NCBI GenBank assembly: GCA_016934335.1 | Contig: JAFGTC010000128.1 | Coordinates: 1-37,947 of the forward strand | From: Candidatus Omnitrophota bacterium | GTDB lineage: Bacteria; Hinthialibacterota; Hinthialibacteria; Hinthialibacterales; Hinthialibacteraceae | Direction: 5' to 3' | DNA: 37,947 nt | In this document: positions 1 through 8,514 of the stretch, one piece after another | Layout of the letters: each line of letters begins with the position of its first letter | Numbering within the stretch: position 1 is the first letter of the stretch | Program-made: the position numbers and the translations under genes | The notes under the pieces: generated by a model | Database searches by the model: none | Seen by the model: the letters and a program-made list of their open reading frames with translations, nothing else | What the model was told of the DNA's origin: nothing

Positions 1-786
1 GGCCCTCCCGGCGTCGGCAAGACCCTGCTGGGGATGTCTGCCGCAAAACTGCGCCGTCAGCCGCTTTTCATCTACCAATGCACCAGCGACACACGCCCGG
101 AAGATCTTCTGGTCACGCCGGTTTTGGCGGAGGCGGGATCCATCTCCTATCACGCCTCGCCCCTGGCGACCGCTATGATAACCGGCGGTGTGTGCGTCCT
201 GGATGAAGGCAACCGCATGCATGAGAAAAGTTGGGCGTCTCTGGCCCCACTGCTCGATCAGCGCCGCTATGTCGAATCGATCATTGCGGGAATCACAATC
301 CCCGCCCATCCCGATTTTCGCATCTGCGTTACCATGAATGAAGACGAATCGACCTTTGAGGTTCCCGACTACATTGAATCGCGCCTCAAGCCCACCATCC
401 GAATCCCCTTCCCCGCCCGCCAGGATGAGTTGGCGATCTTGAAATATCATCTTCCCTTTGCGGAAAACGAAATTCTAGGCATGACCGTCGATTTCCTCCA
501 ACAGGCGCACAAACTCGATCTGGATTTCTCTTCGCGAGACGGAATCAATATCATTCGCTACGCCATTAAACGGCTGCGTCAGAAGCCGACTCATCCCCTG
601 TCGCAAGACAAAGCCTGGGGCGAAGCCGTCATGGCGGTGCTCGGCGAAGAAGCGCAGGACTTGGAGCAACTGGCGGAGAAGCGGCGAAAAACCGCGCAAG
701 ACTCGTATCCCCCGATGGGCCTGGCCGATTTCTTTTTCGATGAAGACGATCCGCTGCGCCCCGATGACGACGACGATCCGCTATGA
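1..786 (+). CDS. AAA+ ATPase of the CbbQ/NorQ/NirQ (AAA_5) family, 5'-truncated by the window edge
   Basis: The frame is open from nt 1, where GPPGVGKT (Walker A) is encoded in the same frame as the Met at 34. CVLDEGNRM is a Walker B-like motif. [13 protein letters not shown] matches the CbbQ/NorQ sensor-1 region (ahpdFrl..t.Np). The acidic C-terminal tail is [13 protein letters not shown]. The stop overlaps the next start (ATGA at 783-786). Confidence 0.8.
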   Translation, partial: GPPGVGKTLLGMSAAKLRRQPLFIYQCTSDTRPEDLLVTPVLAEAGSISYHASPLATAMITGGVCVLDEGNRMHEKSWASLAPLLDQRRYVESIIAGITIPAHPDFRICVTMNEDESTFEVPDYIESRLKPTIRIPFPARQDELAILKYHLPFAENEILGMTVDFLQQAHKLDLDFSSRDGINIIRYAIKRLRQKPTHPLSQDKAWGEAVMAVLGEEAQDLEQLAEKRRKTAQDSYPPMGLADFFFDEDDPLRPDDDDDPL

Positions 787-2621
787 ACAAGCCGATGAAT
801 CCGGTTTTCGCGCTCGACGACCAAATCACGCTCGCGCCCGTGGTGCATGGAAGCGTCAACTTCGCCTTGGAGATTCGGCGCATTTTTCTCCAGAACCGTT
901 TTGATTGTCTGGCGGTTCCTTTGCCGCCTTCCTTTCGCGAGTCGGTGTTAAAGGCGGTTAACGACCTGCCTTTCATCCAAGTGGTCGCTCGGGAGGAGCC
1001 GGGCGGCGGCGCGTGGAATTACGTCCCCGTCGATCCCTGCCAGCCAGTGATCATGGCGCTGCGCATTGCCCTCCAGGAATACACGCCGGTTGAATTCATA
1101 GATCGCGAGACCGCGGTCTATGAGCCGGAATCCTTTTTCAGTCCGGATTCGTACGCCTTGAAGAAAACCTCGCTCGACAAGTTCTGCACCACCGTCCTAC
1201 CGGCCATCCCGCCGCCGCCCTCCGGAAGTCAGCAGGAAGCGCGAATCGAGACGATGGCGGATGAACTGCACCGCTTGCGCGCTCATTATAAAAACATTCT
1301 GGCGATCTGCCCTCTATCACATTGGCCCTGGCTGCGCGAAGCTTATCGCGCCCGCAGGACGCCCCCGCCGCAAAAGCCCTATTTTTCAACTGCCTACACG
1401 TTTCCCGTGCAAGAGCGCTCTTTGGTGTTTGTTCTGGGAGAACTCCCGTTTATCACTTATCTCTATGAAAAATCGCGGCGGGATTTTCTTTCCGACGAAC
1501 ACCTTTCCATCGACGGCGTCAAGGATCTTCTCCTGCATGCGCGCGGAGAATGGCTTCGCAAATTCGAACCGCTGCACAATTGGGCGACGCCCCAGCGCCT
1601 TCAAATCTTGCTGCAATACGTTCGCAATTTAACTTTGCTCGAGCGGCGCTTGACTCCGGATTTATACACGCTGGCCATCGGCGCAAAGCAGGTCATCGGC
1701 GACACCTATGCGATTTCTCTTGTGGAAAGCGCCAAGATGTATCCTCATCAGCATATCGCCGAACGCGACGGGGCGGCCTTTGGCGTCGATAAGGCGCAGT
1801 TCCCGACAGGCGGAGGCGGAACGGCGAAAAATCGACTGCTCGGCGTTCCCTTGGAATGGCGCAATCTTCCCTTGAAACACCCGCCCGAAAAAAATCAGGA
1901 GCGCAAATGGAAGCAATTGTGGAATCCATACGGTATCTGCTCTTGGCCGCCTGAAGATCAGCGCATAGAAAGTTTCAACACGCATGTACGCGACGCCGCC
2001 AGGGCTATCATCGGCGAAGGACTCACACGCTCCGAAAAATTCACCGCTTCGCTCAAAGACGGACTCGACATTCGCGAAACCATCCGCAACTGGTATACCG
2101 GCGATTTGTACGTCAAAGAGATTCCCCCCTCGCGCGGCAACATTGAAGCGGTCATCTTTCTGTTTGACACGCCGGCCGATCCTCAGAAATACCCCTTGCG
2201 AACCACCTGGTACGCCGAGCATGAAGAAGAATCCACGCTCAGTTTCTTCTCCACGCCGATCGGCGAGAAATTCGTCGGGCCTGGAATCGCTCAGTGCCTC
2301 TACGGCGGCTGCGCGTTCATCTTCCCGCCGCGGCCGATTCCCGAGATATGGAACGATCCACGGTTCGCTCGCTTCCCAACCTTGGAAGAACGCCTGATTG
2401 CAGGGATTGTCTTTCACTCGCGAGAAAAAAACGTCGCCATCGTCAGCCCCTGCACGCCGCGATCGACCTGGAAATCCATCGCTCGCCGATACAAAAAACG
2501 TTTTGTCTACATCCCTCTTTCGCGTTTTTCTCAGCAAACTCTCGACCGTCTGCGTATTTTCCACATATTGAACGGCAAAACCGTCCGCTCTTACGCCGCA
2601 AAATTCATTAGGGAGATATAA
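783..2621 (+). CDS. Hypothetical 612-aa protein, partner of the upstream AAA+ ATPase; no recognisable catalytic or vWA MIDAS motif
   Basis: Long + strand ORF, translationally coupled to the gene 1 stop through an ATGA overlap. Its stop at 2619-2621 lies 2 nt before the next ATG. Codon usage and GC match the neighbours. No DxSxS MIDAS motif, no Cys clusters and no TM segments were seen. The 436-aa ORF on the opposite strand (1662-2972) is judged an antisense artefact. Confidence 0.65.
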   Translation: MNKPMNPVFALDDQITLAPVVHGSVNFALEIRRIFLQNRFDCLAVPLPPSFRESVLKAVNDLPFIQVVAREEPGGGAWNYVPVDPCQPVIMALRIALQEYTPVEFIDRETAVYEPESFFSPDSYALKKTSLDKFCTTVLPAIPPPPSGSQQEARIETMADELHRLRAHYKNILAICPLSHWPWLREAYRARRTPPPQKPYFSTAYTFPVQERSLVFVLGELPFITYLYEKSRRDFLSDEHLSIDGVKDLLLHARGEWLRKFEPLHNWATPQRLQILLQYVRNLTLLERRLTPDLYTLAIGAKQVIGDTYAISLVESAKMYPHQHIAERDGAAFGVDKAQFPTGGGGTAKNRLLGVPLEWRNLPLKHPPEKNQERKWKQLWNPYGICSWPPEDQRIESFNTHVRDAARAIIGEGLTRSEKFTASLKDGLDIRETIRNWYTGDLYVKEIPPSRGNIEAVIFLFDTPADPQKYPLRTTWYAEHEEESTLSFFSTPIGEKFVGPGIAQCLYGGCAFIFPPRPIPEIWNDPRFARFPTLEERLIAGIVFHSREKNVAIVSPCTPRSTWKSIARRYKKRFVYIPLSRFSQQTLDRLRIFHILNGKTVRSYAAKFIREI

Positions 2622-2623
2622 CC

Positions 2624-2959
2624 ATGATATCCGATCAAGCCAGCCGTCTTCTGCCGGTTCATTACGAGGGAATCGCGCTGTTGCAGAACGAATTCGATCG
2701 CTATCAGCGGGAGGCGTTTCCCGTCCGCGGCCCGAATTTCTTTGCGCTCGAATTGAACGGCGAAGCCGGCGAGTTGGCCAACCTGGAAAAGAAAGCCTGG
2801 AAGGGAAAAAAAATCGATCCGGAGGATTTCGCCGGCGAAGCGGCGGATGTGATGATTGCGCTATTGAATTACGCCAACAGCAGAAACATCGATCTGGCGA
2901 AAGCCGTCGAACAGAAAATGCGCATGATCGATCAACGAAGACAAGAAGAGCATTTGTGA
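2624..2959 (+). CDS. MazG-like nucleoside triphosphate pyrophosphohydrolase (small all-alpha NTP-PPase)
   Basis: 111 aa. NGEAGELANLEKK and EAADVMIALLNYANSRNIDLAKAVEQKM give the paired E-x-x-E / acidic helix signature of MazG/HisE-type NTP pyrophosphatases. AGGGAGA lies 8 nt upstream of the ATG and only 2 nt separate it from the previous stop. Confidence 0.7.
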   Translation: MISDQASRLLPVHYEGIALLQNEFDRYQREAFPVRGPNFFALELNGEAGELANLEKKAWKGKKIDPEDFAGEAADVMIALLNYANSRNIDLAKAVEQKMRMIDQRRQEEHL

Positions 2960-3248
2960 TAAATTCGATCATCCGATCCCCGTAGATCCATATGAACCGG
3001 ATTGAATAAAGCGTTTGATATTCAACATTGGCGCCATGGCAGATGGCTGCTTAGCCGCGAAATAAAGAGAATGTTTGCAATCATCGATGCAAAATTCAAT
3101 CTTTTATGAAGAGTAGTTCTATAAAATAACATTGCGTAAATAAGACGGGCTGCGATACAATAATCATTGCTGGGAGTTGGAAGCGGCCGTTTCGGCATCG
3201 CCGTTACGGTTCCGCGCATTGCCTCTTCCATTGGTAAGTCCTCACGGA

Positions 3249-3283
3249 CAAAAAAAAGGGTTCGATTCCCTACGGCTCCGTCT
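3249..3283 (+). other. tRNA-like 3' fragment (T-arm plus acceptor-like 3' strand) inside a 430-bp AT-rich spacer; not a complete tRNA
   Basis: GGGTTCGATTCCC at about 3258-3270 is the canonical T-stem/TPsiC-loop (GGTTCGAtTCC), followed by TA-CGGCTCC-G. A possible pairing partner GGAGTTG (3174-3180; 5 Watson-Crick plus 2 G-U pairs) lies about 100 nt upstream. That is too far for a cloverleaf and no D-arm or anticodon arm can be folded. Confidence 0.25.
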
Positions 3284-3391
3284 CAAGGGACATGCGGTAA
3301 CGCGCCATGCCGCCGGTTCAGCAGGTTAAGACCTCCACCGTCGACACGGAGTCCCTTGAGAACGGACGCTTAGGAGAAAAAGAGGGAGAAC

Positions 3392-4162
3392 ATGGAATAT
3401 ATCATTCTAGCTGCGTTATTGGTTTTAATCGTCTTATTCTTGAAGATGCATATCCAGCGTGCGACTCTTCTTGAATACGAACGGGGATTGAAATATGTCA
3501 AAGGAAAATTCACGAATGTGCTTGAGCCGGGACAATATTGGTACGCTCCCTTTTTCGTCCTAATCAGAAAGATCGACGTCCGCCCTCATTTCATTACGAT
3601 TCCAGGCCAAGAAGTCCTAACCTCCGATGGCGTCAACGTCAAAATCAGTCTCGCCGCTAAATACGAAATCCAGAATCCGGCGATCGCCGTCAACAAAGTG
3701 CAGAATTATCTGGAAGCGCTTTACCTCGAGTTGCAGCTGGCCTTGCGCGAAATCGCCGGTTCAATGGAAGTCGATTCAATTATAGAAAAACGAAGCAAAA
3801 TCTCTGAACAACTGATGGAGAAAATAGAGGCCAAAGTTCAAGACATCGGCCTGACCGTTCATTCCGTTGATGTCAAAGACATCATGTTTTCCGGCAAACT
3901 CAAAGATTCCTTCGCCAAGATCGTCGATGCGCGCAAAGAAGGGCAGGCCATCCTCGAAAAAGCGCGTGGAGAAACGGCGGCGTTGCGTAATCTCGCCAAT
4001 GCGGCCAAATTGCTCGATTCGAATCCCAACCTGCTTCAATTGCGGCTCATTCAAACTCTGAACGAGACCAAAGGCAACACATTGATCTTCGGCATGCCCT
4101 CCGATTCAACGCCCGTTCCCTTAAAAAAGGGCGCGCCGCAGGATGCATCAAATTCACAATGA
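3392..4162 (+). CDS. SPFH/band-7 (stomatin/prohibitin-like) membrane protein
   Basis: N-terminal TM helix (IILAALLVLIVLF), then a typical SPFH core (TSDGVNVKISLAAKYEIQNP...) and a long coiled-coil tail (AKIVDARKEGQAILEKARGETAALRNLANAAK). GGAGAAAAAGAGGGAGAA precedes the ATG. Confidence 0.85.
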   Translation: MEYIILAALLVLIVLFLKMHIQRATLLEYERGLKYVKGKFTNVLEPGQYWYAPFFVLIRKIDVRPHFITIPGQEVLTSDGVNVKISLAAKYEIQNPAIAVNKVQNYLEALYLELQLALREIAGSMEVDSIIEKRSKISEQLMEKIEAKVQDIGLTVHSVDVKDIMFSGKLKDSFAKIVDARKEGQAILEKARGETAALRNLANAAKLLDSNPNLLQLRLIQTLNETKGNTLIFGMPSDSTPVPLKKGAPQDASNSQ

Positions 4163-4210
4163 TCTCCGCATCATGAAGATGTTTGATGAATATCTATGTA
4201 AGCAGGAAAT

Positions 4211-5239
4211 TTATGTTCCGGCGGCTTGGTTTTCCATCCGCTGGAAAATCCTCACTTCGGCGAGAGCGGGATCCAGGATGAGAACACGCCCTTTGGAGTC
4301 GGCGGCGACATCCAAAGCGACTCGCCGGTAGTCGTAATCCGGCGCCAGGCATAGCCGATCGTGTTCAGCAAATTTCTCGGCGCCGGCTGCAAATCCCACA
4401 AACGTTCCCTTCGCATCGTAAATTTTCACTCGGGTGATTCCCTTTTCACAAGTCACGAAGCCGCTTTGATGGGGAAGCAGCGCGAAATTCACAGGATTGC
4501 AGCAGCCGCAGAATCCTTCGGCAAGAGTCGAAAACTCGCCCCACCAAGAGACAAGATTTCCCGAAAGATCGTAGGCCTCAATGCGATGCTCGCCCGAATG
4601 AGACGCCCATAATTGTCCATCGGAAGAATACGCGAGATCAAAATGGGGGCTGGGCAGGAAAAACTCGCCGAACGTTTGGATTTTTCGGCCGGACATATCG
4701 TATTGCAGAATTTCACGTTTCGTGAAATTCGCCGCGAATACATGATCCGGGGATACGGCGATCGATGTGATCAACGCATCCGGCCCGGCGCTCTCCCATC
4801 GGCTTTTTAAATTTCCAGACGAATCGAAGATGACGATGCGATCGCCGGCGCCTGCAAAAATCCGGCCGTTCGGATCCACCGTCAGCGAAGTCGCTTCTTG
4901 ATCGAGATCAATATTCAGTGGAAGAGGTTTGCCCTTCGAAGAAAAGACGCGAACCGACCGTCCGCCGGCGACATAGATATTGTCTTGAGAATCCACCGCT
5001 ATGGCGCAGGACGGATCCAGTTCCGTCTTGAAGCGGATGTCCGTTTCTTCGTAAAGAATCAAAGCGGGATCGGTTTTTTGAAACTGCTCCAAATTGTACT
5101 GATATTGGGCGCTCAGTTTGCCGCCGCTTTCCGTATAGCGATCTTTAAAGATAACCGATAACACCGCCGCGATGACGGCTGCGGCTATAATCAAACCGAT
5201 CAGCAACTGGATGTTGAACCATTGTTTCATCTTTGACAT
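4211..5239 (-). CDS. Membrane-anchored NHL-repeat beta-propeller protein
   Basis: N-terminal TM anchor (LLIGLIIAAAVIAAVLSVIF). Repeated D-x-x-G-x-hydrophobic-hydrophobic-V-x-D motifs (DSQDNIYVA, DPNGRIFAG, SPDHVFAAN, DSKGRVLILD) are typical of NHL blades. It carries an unusual EGFCGCCNPVN cysteine cluster. Confidence 0.7.
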   Translation of the reverse strand: MSKMKQWFNIQLLIGLIIAAAVIAAVLSVIFKDRYTESGGKLSAQYQYNLEQFQKTDPALILYEETDIRFKTELDPSCAIAVDSQDNIYVAGGRSVRVFSSKGKPLPLNIDLDQEATSLTVDPNGRIFAGAGDRIVIFDSSGNLKSRWESAGPDALITSIAVSPDHVFAANFTKREILQYDMSGRKIQTFGEFFLPSPHFDLAYSSDGQLWASHSGEHRIEAYDLSGNLVSWWGEFSTLAEGFCGCCNPVNFALLPHQSGFVTCEKGITRVKIYDAKGTFVGFAAGAEKFAEHDRLCLAPDYDYRRVALDVAADSKGRVLILDPALAEVRIFQRMENQAAGT

Positions 5240-5277
5240 CGAACCGCCCCTTCATGATTCACCCGAAGAATTTTTGT

Positions 5278-6696
5278 CTATTGCGCCTCCTCCAGGCAGA
5301 TCATTCTTGTCATATCGCGTAGAATCATTCGCCCCGAGGCGCAGGCGATTGGCCCCCACGAGTCGTGTCCCTCTAAAATTTGCATCTGATCAACCAGCCG
5401 AAATTGGCCCGCATCCGCCTCCACTCGGCTCAAAAGCCCCGAATCGTTCAACACATAAAACAAGGATCCCGCGAGAATGAACGATCCCAACCCAAATTTA
5501 TACGCCCCGCCGCTGGCCCATTTTTCATTGCCGTCCAGATCGAGGCAGACGAATTGCCCGTCCGGCCTGACGCCAAAAATGCAATCGTTGAAAAGAATCG
5601 GCGTATGCTGCGTAGCGCCAAAGCGTTCGGGTTCGAGTCGGAAGAGAAGTTGGGGCTCGATGCGATCTTCGACTTTCTTCAGTTGGAGCATCGCGCTGCC
5701 CGCCTTGTATCCGCCGCTGAGAAAGATCTTGCCGTCCCCAACCGTCAAAGGCGAAGGCACGTTGGCAATGCTGATCTTCCAATCCGGATATTCCCACAAA
5801 ATGCGCCCGTCCTCGGCCGATGCGCCCACGACGCCCCCGCTGGCGCAATAGACGTACATGCGCACGCCGTTGAATTCCATCGGCATTACCGATGAGTGCG
5901 TCATCTTCCAGTCGTTGGGATTGGGCGTCTCCCAGATGATTTCGCCGGTCTCGCAGTCGACGGCAGTGATCAACGCCGTCCCCCCCGGCGCAAGGATGAG
6001 CCGATTTCCGTCGATGAGAGGGCATTGCCCCGCATACCAGGGCGGCACTTCCGCGCCGAAATCGCGCACCATGTCGATCATCCACTTTTTCTCGCCGCTT
6101 TCCGAATCCAGACAGGTTACGTGGCATTTGGGGCCGATGCCGATCAGCCAATCCTTCGTAACCGACGGGACGGTGCGGCTCATGCCGTGATTGCGCTTAA
6201 TGCTCATGGGATACGAATAACGCCAGATTTCCTCGCCGTCCGCCAGGGATAGACAGCGCAGAGCGTCCTCTTCCTGTTCGCGGTCATAATCCATCAGATA
6301 CACGCGGCCGTCGAGAATAACCGCCCCGGCGAATCCCTCGCCCACATCGATCGCCCACGCCGTTGCTGCTTTGCTCCCTTTCGGCCACGGCTTGAATTCT
6401 TCTTTGCAGATGTTGTCGAGATCCGGGCCGCGGAAGCATGGCCAGGCCCCCGTCAGATCGGCGGGAGAGCCGCTCGAGCGCGTCAGTTTTCCCACAATTT
6501 CCTTTTGTACGGTTTGGCCGGACGCCGACAACGATTCCCCGTCAATTCCGGGAACGCGCGCCTCCAGAATCACGCCCGGAGAGACGTCATACCAAAAGTA
6601 AATCGACAGGATTCCCGCGATTGCAAGAGCGCAGACCAGTATCCTGCCGATCAACCGTTCCCTTTTAGTATTTTCATCCAAGTCAAATTTCATCAT
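5278..6696 (-). CDS. Membrane-anchored PQQ-like (BamB-type) beta-propeller repeat protein
   Basis: N-terminal TM (ILVCALAIAGILSIYFW). Recurrent A-x-D-x-x-T/S-G-x-x-hydrophobic-W blades (LSLADGEEIWRY, VDCETGEIIWE, SAEDGRILWEY, CLDSESGEKKWM) are characteristic of PQQ-like beta-propeller repeats. Confidence 0.75.
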   Translation of the reverse strand: MMKFDLDENTKRERLIGRILVCALAIAGILSIYFWYDVSPGVILEARVPGIDGESLSASGQTVQKEIVGKLTRSSGSPADLTGAWPCFRGPDLDNICKEEFKPWPKGSKAATAWAIDVGEGFAGAVILDGRVYLMDYDREQEEDALRCLSLADGEEIWRYSYPMSIKRNHGMSRTVPSVTKDWLIGIGPKCHVTCLDSESGEKKWMIDMVRDFGAEVPPWYAGQCPLIDGNRLILAPGGTALITAVDCETGEIIWETPNPNDWKMTHSSVMPMEFNGVRMYVYCASGGVVGASAEDGRILWEYPDWKISIANVPSPLTVGDGKIFLSGGYKAGSAMLQLKKVEDRIEPQLLFRLEPERFGATQHTPILFNDCIFGVRPDGQFVCLDLDGNEKWASGGAYKFGLGSFILAGSLFYVLNDSGLLSRVEADAGQFRLVDQMQILEGHDSWGPIACASGRMILRDMTRMICLEEAQ

Positions 6697-6730
6697 GACG
6701 CGCTTCTCATCTCACCCAAACGACTCTCGT

Positions 6731-8482
6731 TCATTGACCGGTTTTCTCATCGCCGCCAACGCAGTAAAGATTCTTGTCGCCGCGAATGACGATGCGTCCG
6801 TCCATGAAAGCGGGAGACGATCTCACCCATTCATCCACTTTGGACGTCGATTCCGCCAGTTGCAGCTCCCTCGCCGCCTTGACGCGATACATGACGCCTT
6901 CTTCGCTGAGAAGATAAATCCACCCGCCCGCGATGCTCGGAGAAGCCTGAAATATATCGTCGAAGAAATGCTCCCAGATCAATTCCCCGTTTTTGGCGTC
7001 ATAACAACCTAAGTCGCCCGCTCCGCCAAGAAGAAAAATCAACTCTCCATTGCTCACCGGGCTGCAAATATCCGGCGCCGGGCAATCCTTGCTCCACACA
7101 ACGCCGCTTTCCGTCGCATCGCCTCGTACGTTGGGATTGATAGCGTATAGCGTCTCGTTGGGAAGAACCGCGAATACCAAACCTTGCGCAAAAATGGGAG
7201 ACGGCGCGAGATCCGTGTCGAGAAGATCGGCCCTCCACAATTCCGTTCCCGCCTCCAGTTCGTAGGCGATCACCCACGGATCCGAACACGTGACGATCTG
7301 GTCGCCTCCCTCGGCGCTGATGATGATGGGAGTAGTCCATGCGCCGGCGACGGGCCGGACCGTCCGCCACACAGTCTGCCCCGTCTTCCCCTCCAAAGCA
7401 TAAAGAACGGATAGGTCGTCATCGACATCGCCCTGATCGTATTGAATCAAAAGAAGATTGCGGTAGAAGACCAGCGACGTTGCGTATCCATATACGTTTT
7501 CCTGTAATCCCAAATTCCGCGCCCAAATCCGCTTGCCGTCCAAATCGAAGCAAATCACGTCCCCATCCGGAAAGATGGCGTAAACCCGCGCTCCATCGCA
7601 GGCCATGGTCGAGGCGGCGTATCCTGTATCTTCAAAAATCCTCGGTTTTTCGCCAGTGTTTCCGGTTACATTCTCGACGGGATTCTTCCATAAAAGAGCC
7701 CCGGTTTCCAAAGAGTAGCAATACACTTCTTTGGCATTTTCATCCGCGCCCGACAGAAAAACGCGATCCCCCCAGACGATCGGCGAATTGACGCCGGGAA
7801 GTTGTAATTCAGTCTTCCACAAGATCCCTTCCCCGCTTTCGCCGTCCCAGGCGGTTGGAGTATTCTCATGAATGGATAAGCCCAATCCTCCATAGCCCCG
7901 AAAACGAGGCCAGTTTTGTTGGAGTTCCTCCTTTGTAGGATATTCAATCACTGGTGCGACGGCCTCTTCCGATGAAGGCGGCTCTAACTCAAGTCTCGAA
8001 AGCGAAGCCAACGCCAGAAAGCCGCTCAGGATAATGCATCCCATAACTCCGACCGCTCGCCGAGCCTGCCTCTTTCTTTTTTCTTCTATAAAAGGATCTT
8101 TCGATCTTGGCTTGGGCCTGGCCGGCTTCTGAAGCGAAGCGATTTTTTTGGCCGCTAAAAGAAAGATCGCAGCGCCGATCAAAAGAAGATATTTTCCCCG
8201 ATCCGAAAACGCTTTGCGCTCGAAAAAGTTCTGCCTCATTTCAAGATCGAGCCGGCGGATTTCCTCTTTCAATTCTTCATCGCGGGGATTCTGCTTCAGC
8301 AGCGCTTTTTTTTCTTCCAGTTGAGCGGAATAGATCGCTTCCTTTTCCGGAAGACCCGACATATCGGCGATATAATTGACAACCAGCAGCGCGGCGACAA
8401 TCAAACTAAAAACGCCGGACGCAACCGCGATATTGCGCGCCGTCGCATAGTGGGCTGAATCGGCTGGATTTTTTTTCCTCAC
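6731..8482 (-). CDS. Membrane protein with N-terminal TM/coiled-coil region and C-terminal PQQ-like beta-propeller
   Basis: Three hydrophobic segments and a charged coiled coil (EEKKALLKQNPRDEELKEEIRRLDLEMRQ) in the first ~180 aa. PQQ-type blades follow (YSLETGALLWKN, ALEGKTGQTVWR, YELEAGTELWRA, YDAKNGELIWEH). Confidence 0.75.
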   Translation of the reverse strand: MRKKNPADSAHYATARNIAVASGVFSLIVAALLVVNYIADMSGLPEKEAIYSAQLEEKKALLKQNPRDEELKEEIRRLDLEMRQNFFERKAFSDRGKYLLLIGAAIFLLAAKKIASLQKPARPKPRSKDPFIEEKRKRQARRAVGVMGCIILSGFLALASLSRLELEPPSSEEAVAPVIEYPTKEELQQNWPRFRGYGGLGLSIHENTPTAWDGESGEGILWKTELQLPGVNSPIVWGDRVFLSGADENAKEVYCYSLETGALLWKNPVENVTGNTGEKPRIFEDTGYAASTMACDGARVYAIFPDGDVICFDLDGKRIWARNLGLQENVYGYATSLVFYRNLLLIQYDQGDVDDDLSVLYALEGKTGQTVWRTVRPVAGAWTTPIIISAEGGDQIVTCSDPWVIAYELEAGTELWRADLLDTDLAPSPIFAQGLVFAVLPNETLYAINPNVRGDATESGVVWSKDCPAPDICSPVSNGELIFLLGGAGDLGCYDAKNGELIWEHFFDDIFQASPSIAGGWIYLLSEEGVMYRVKAARELQLAESTSKVDEWVRSSPAFMDGRIVIRGDKNLYCVGGDEKTGQ

Positions 8483-8514
8483 AGTATGATTCCTATAAAA
8501 TCAATGTCCAAATT

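Noticed and set aside
1662-2972. 436-aa ORF on the minus strand opposite the 612-aa gene and the MazG gene
   Set aside because: It is an antisense open frame in GC-rich coding DNA. It is Arg/Ala/Pro-rich with low complexity, has no SD, and conflicts with the translationally coupled + strand operon.
3022-3231. 69-aa minus-strand ORF in the AT-rich spacer
   Set aside because: No SD, and it overlaps the likely SPFH promoter region; spurious.
3174-3283. Possible complete tRNA or tmRNA around the GGTTCGATTCC element
   Set aside because: No cloverleaf can be folded: the candidate acceptor pairing spans 107 nt and there is no D-arm or anticodon stem. No tmRNA 5' domain or ANDENYALAA-type tag frame occurs in the 330 nt upstream. 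It is kept only as a tRNA-like fragment.
5380-6252. Several 110-210-aa ORFs on both strands within 5278-6696
   Set aside because: They overlap the PQQ-propeller gene, which has coherent repeat structure. These ORFs have Arg-rich low-complexity translations.
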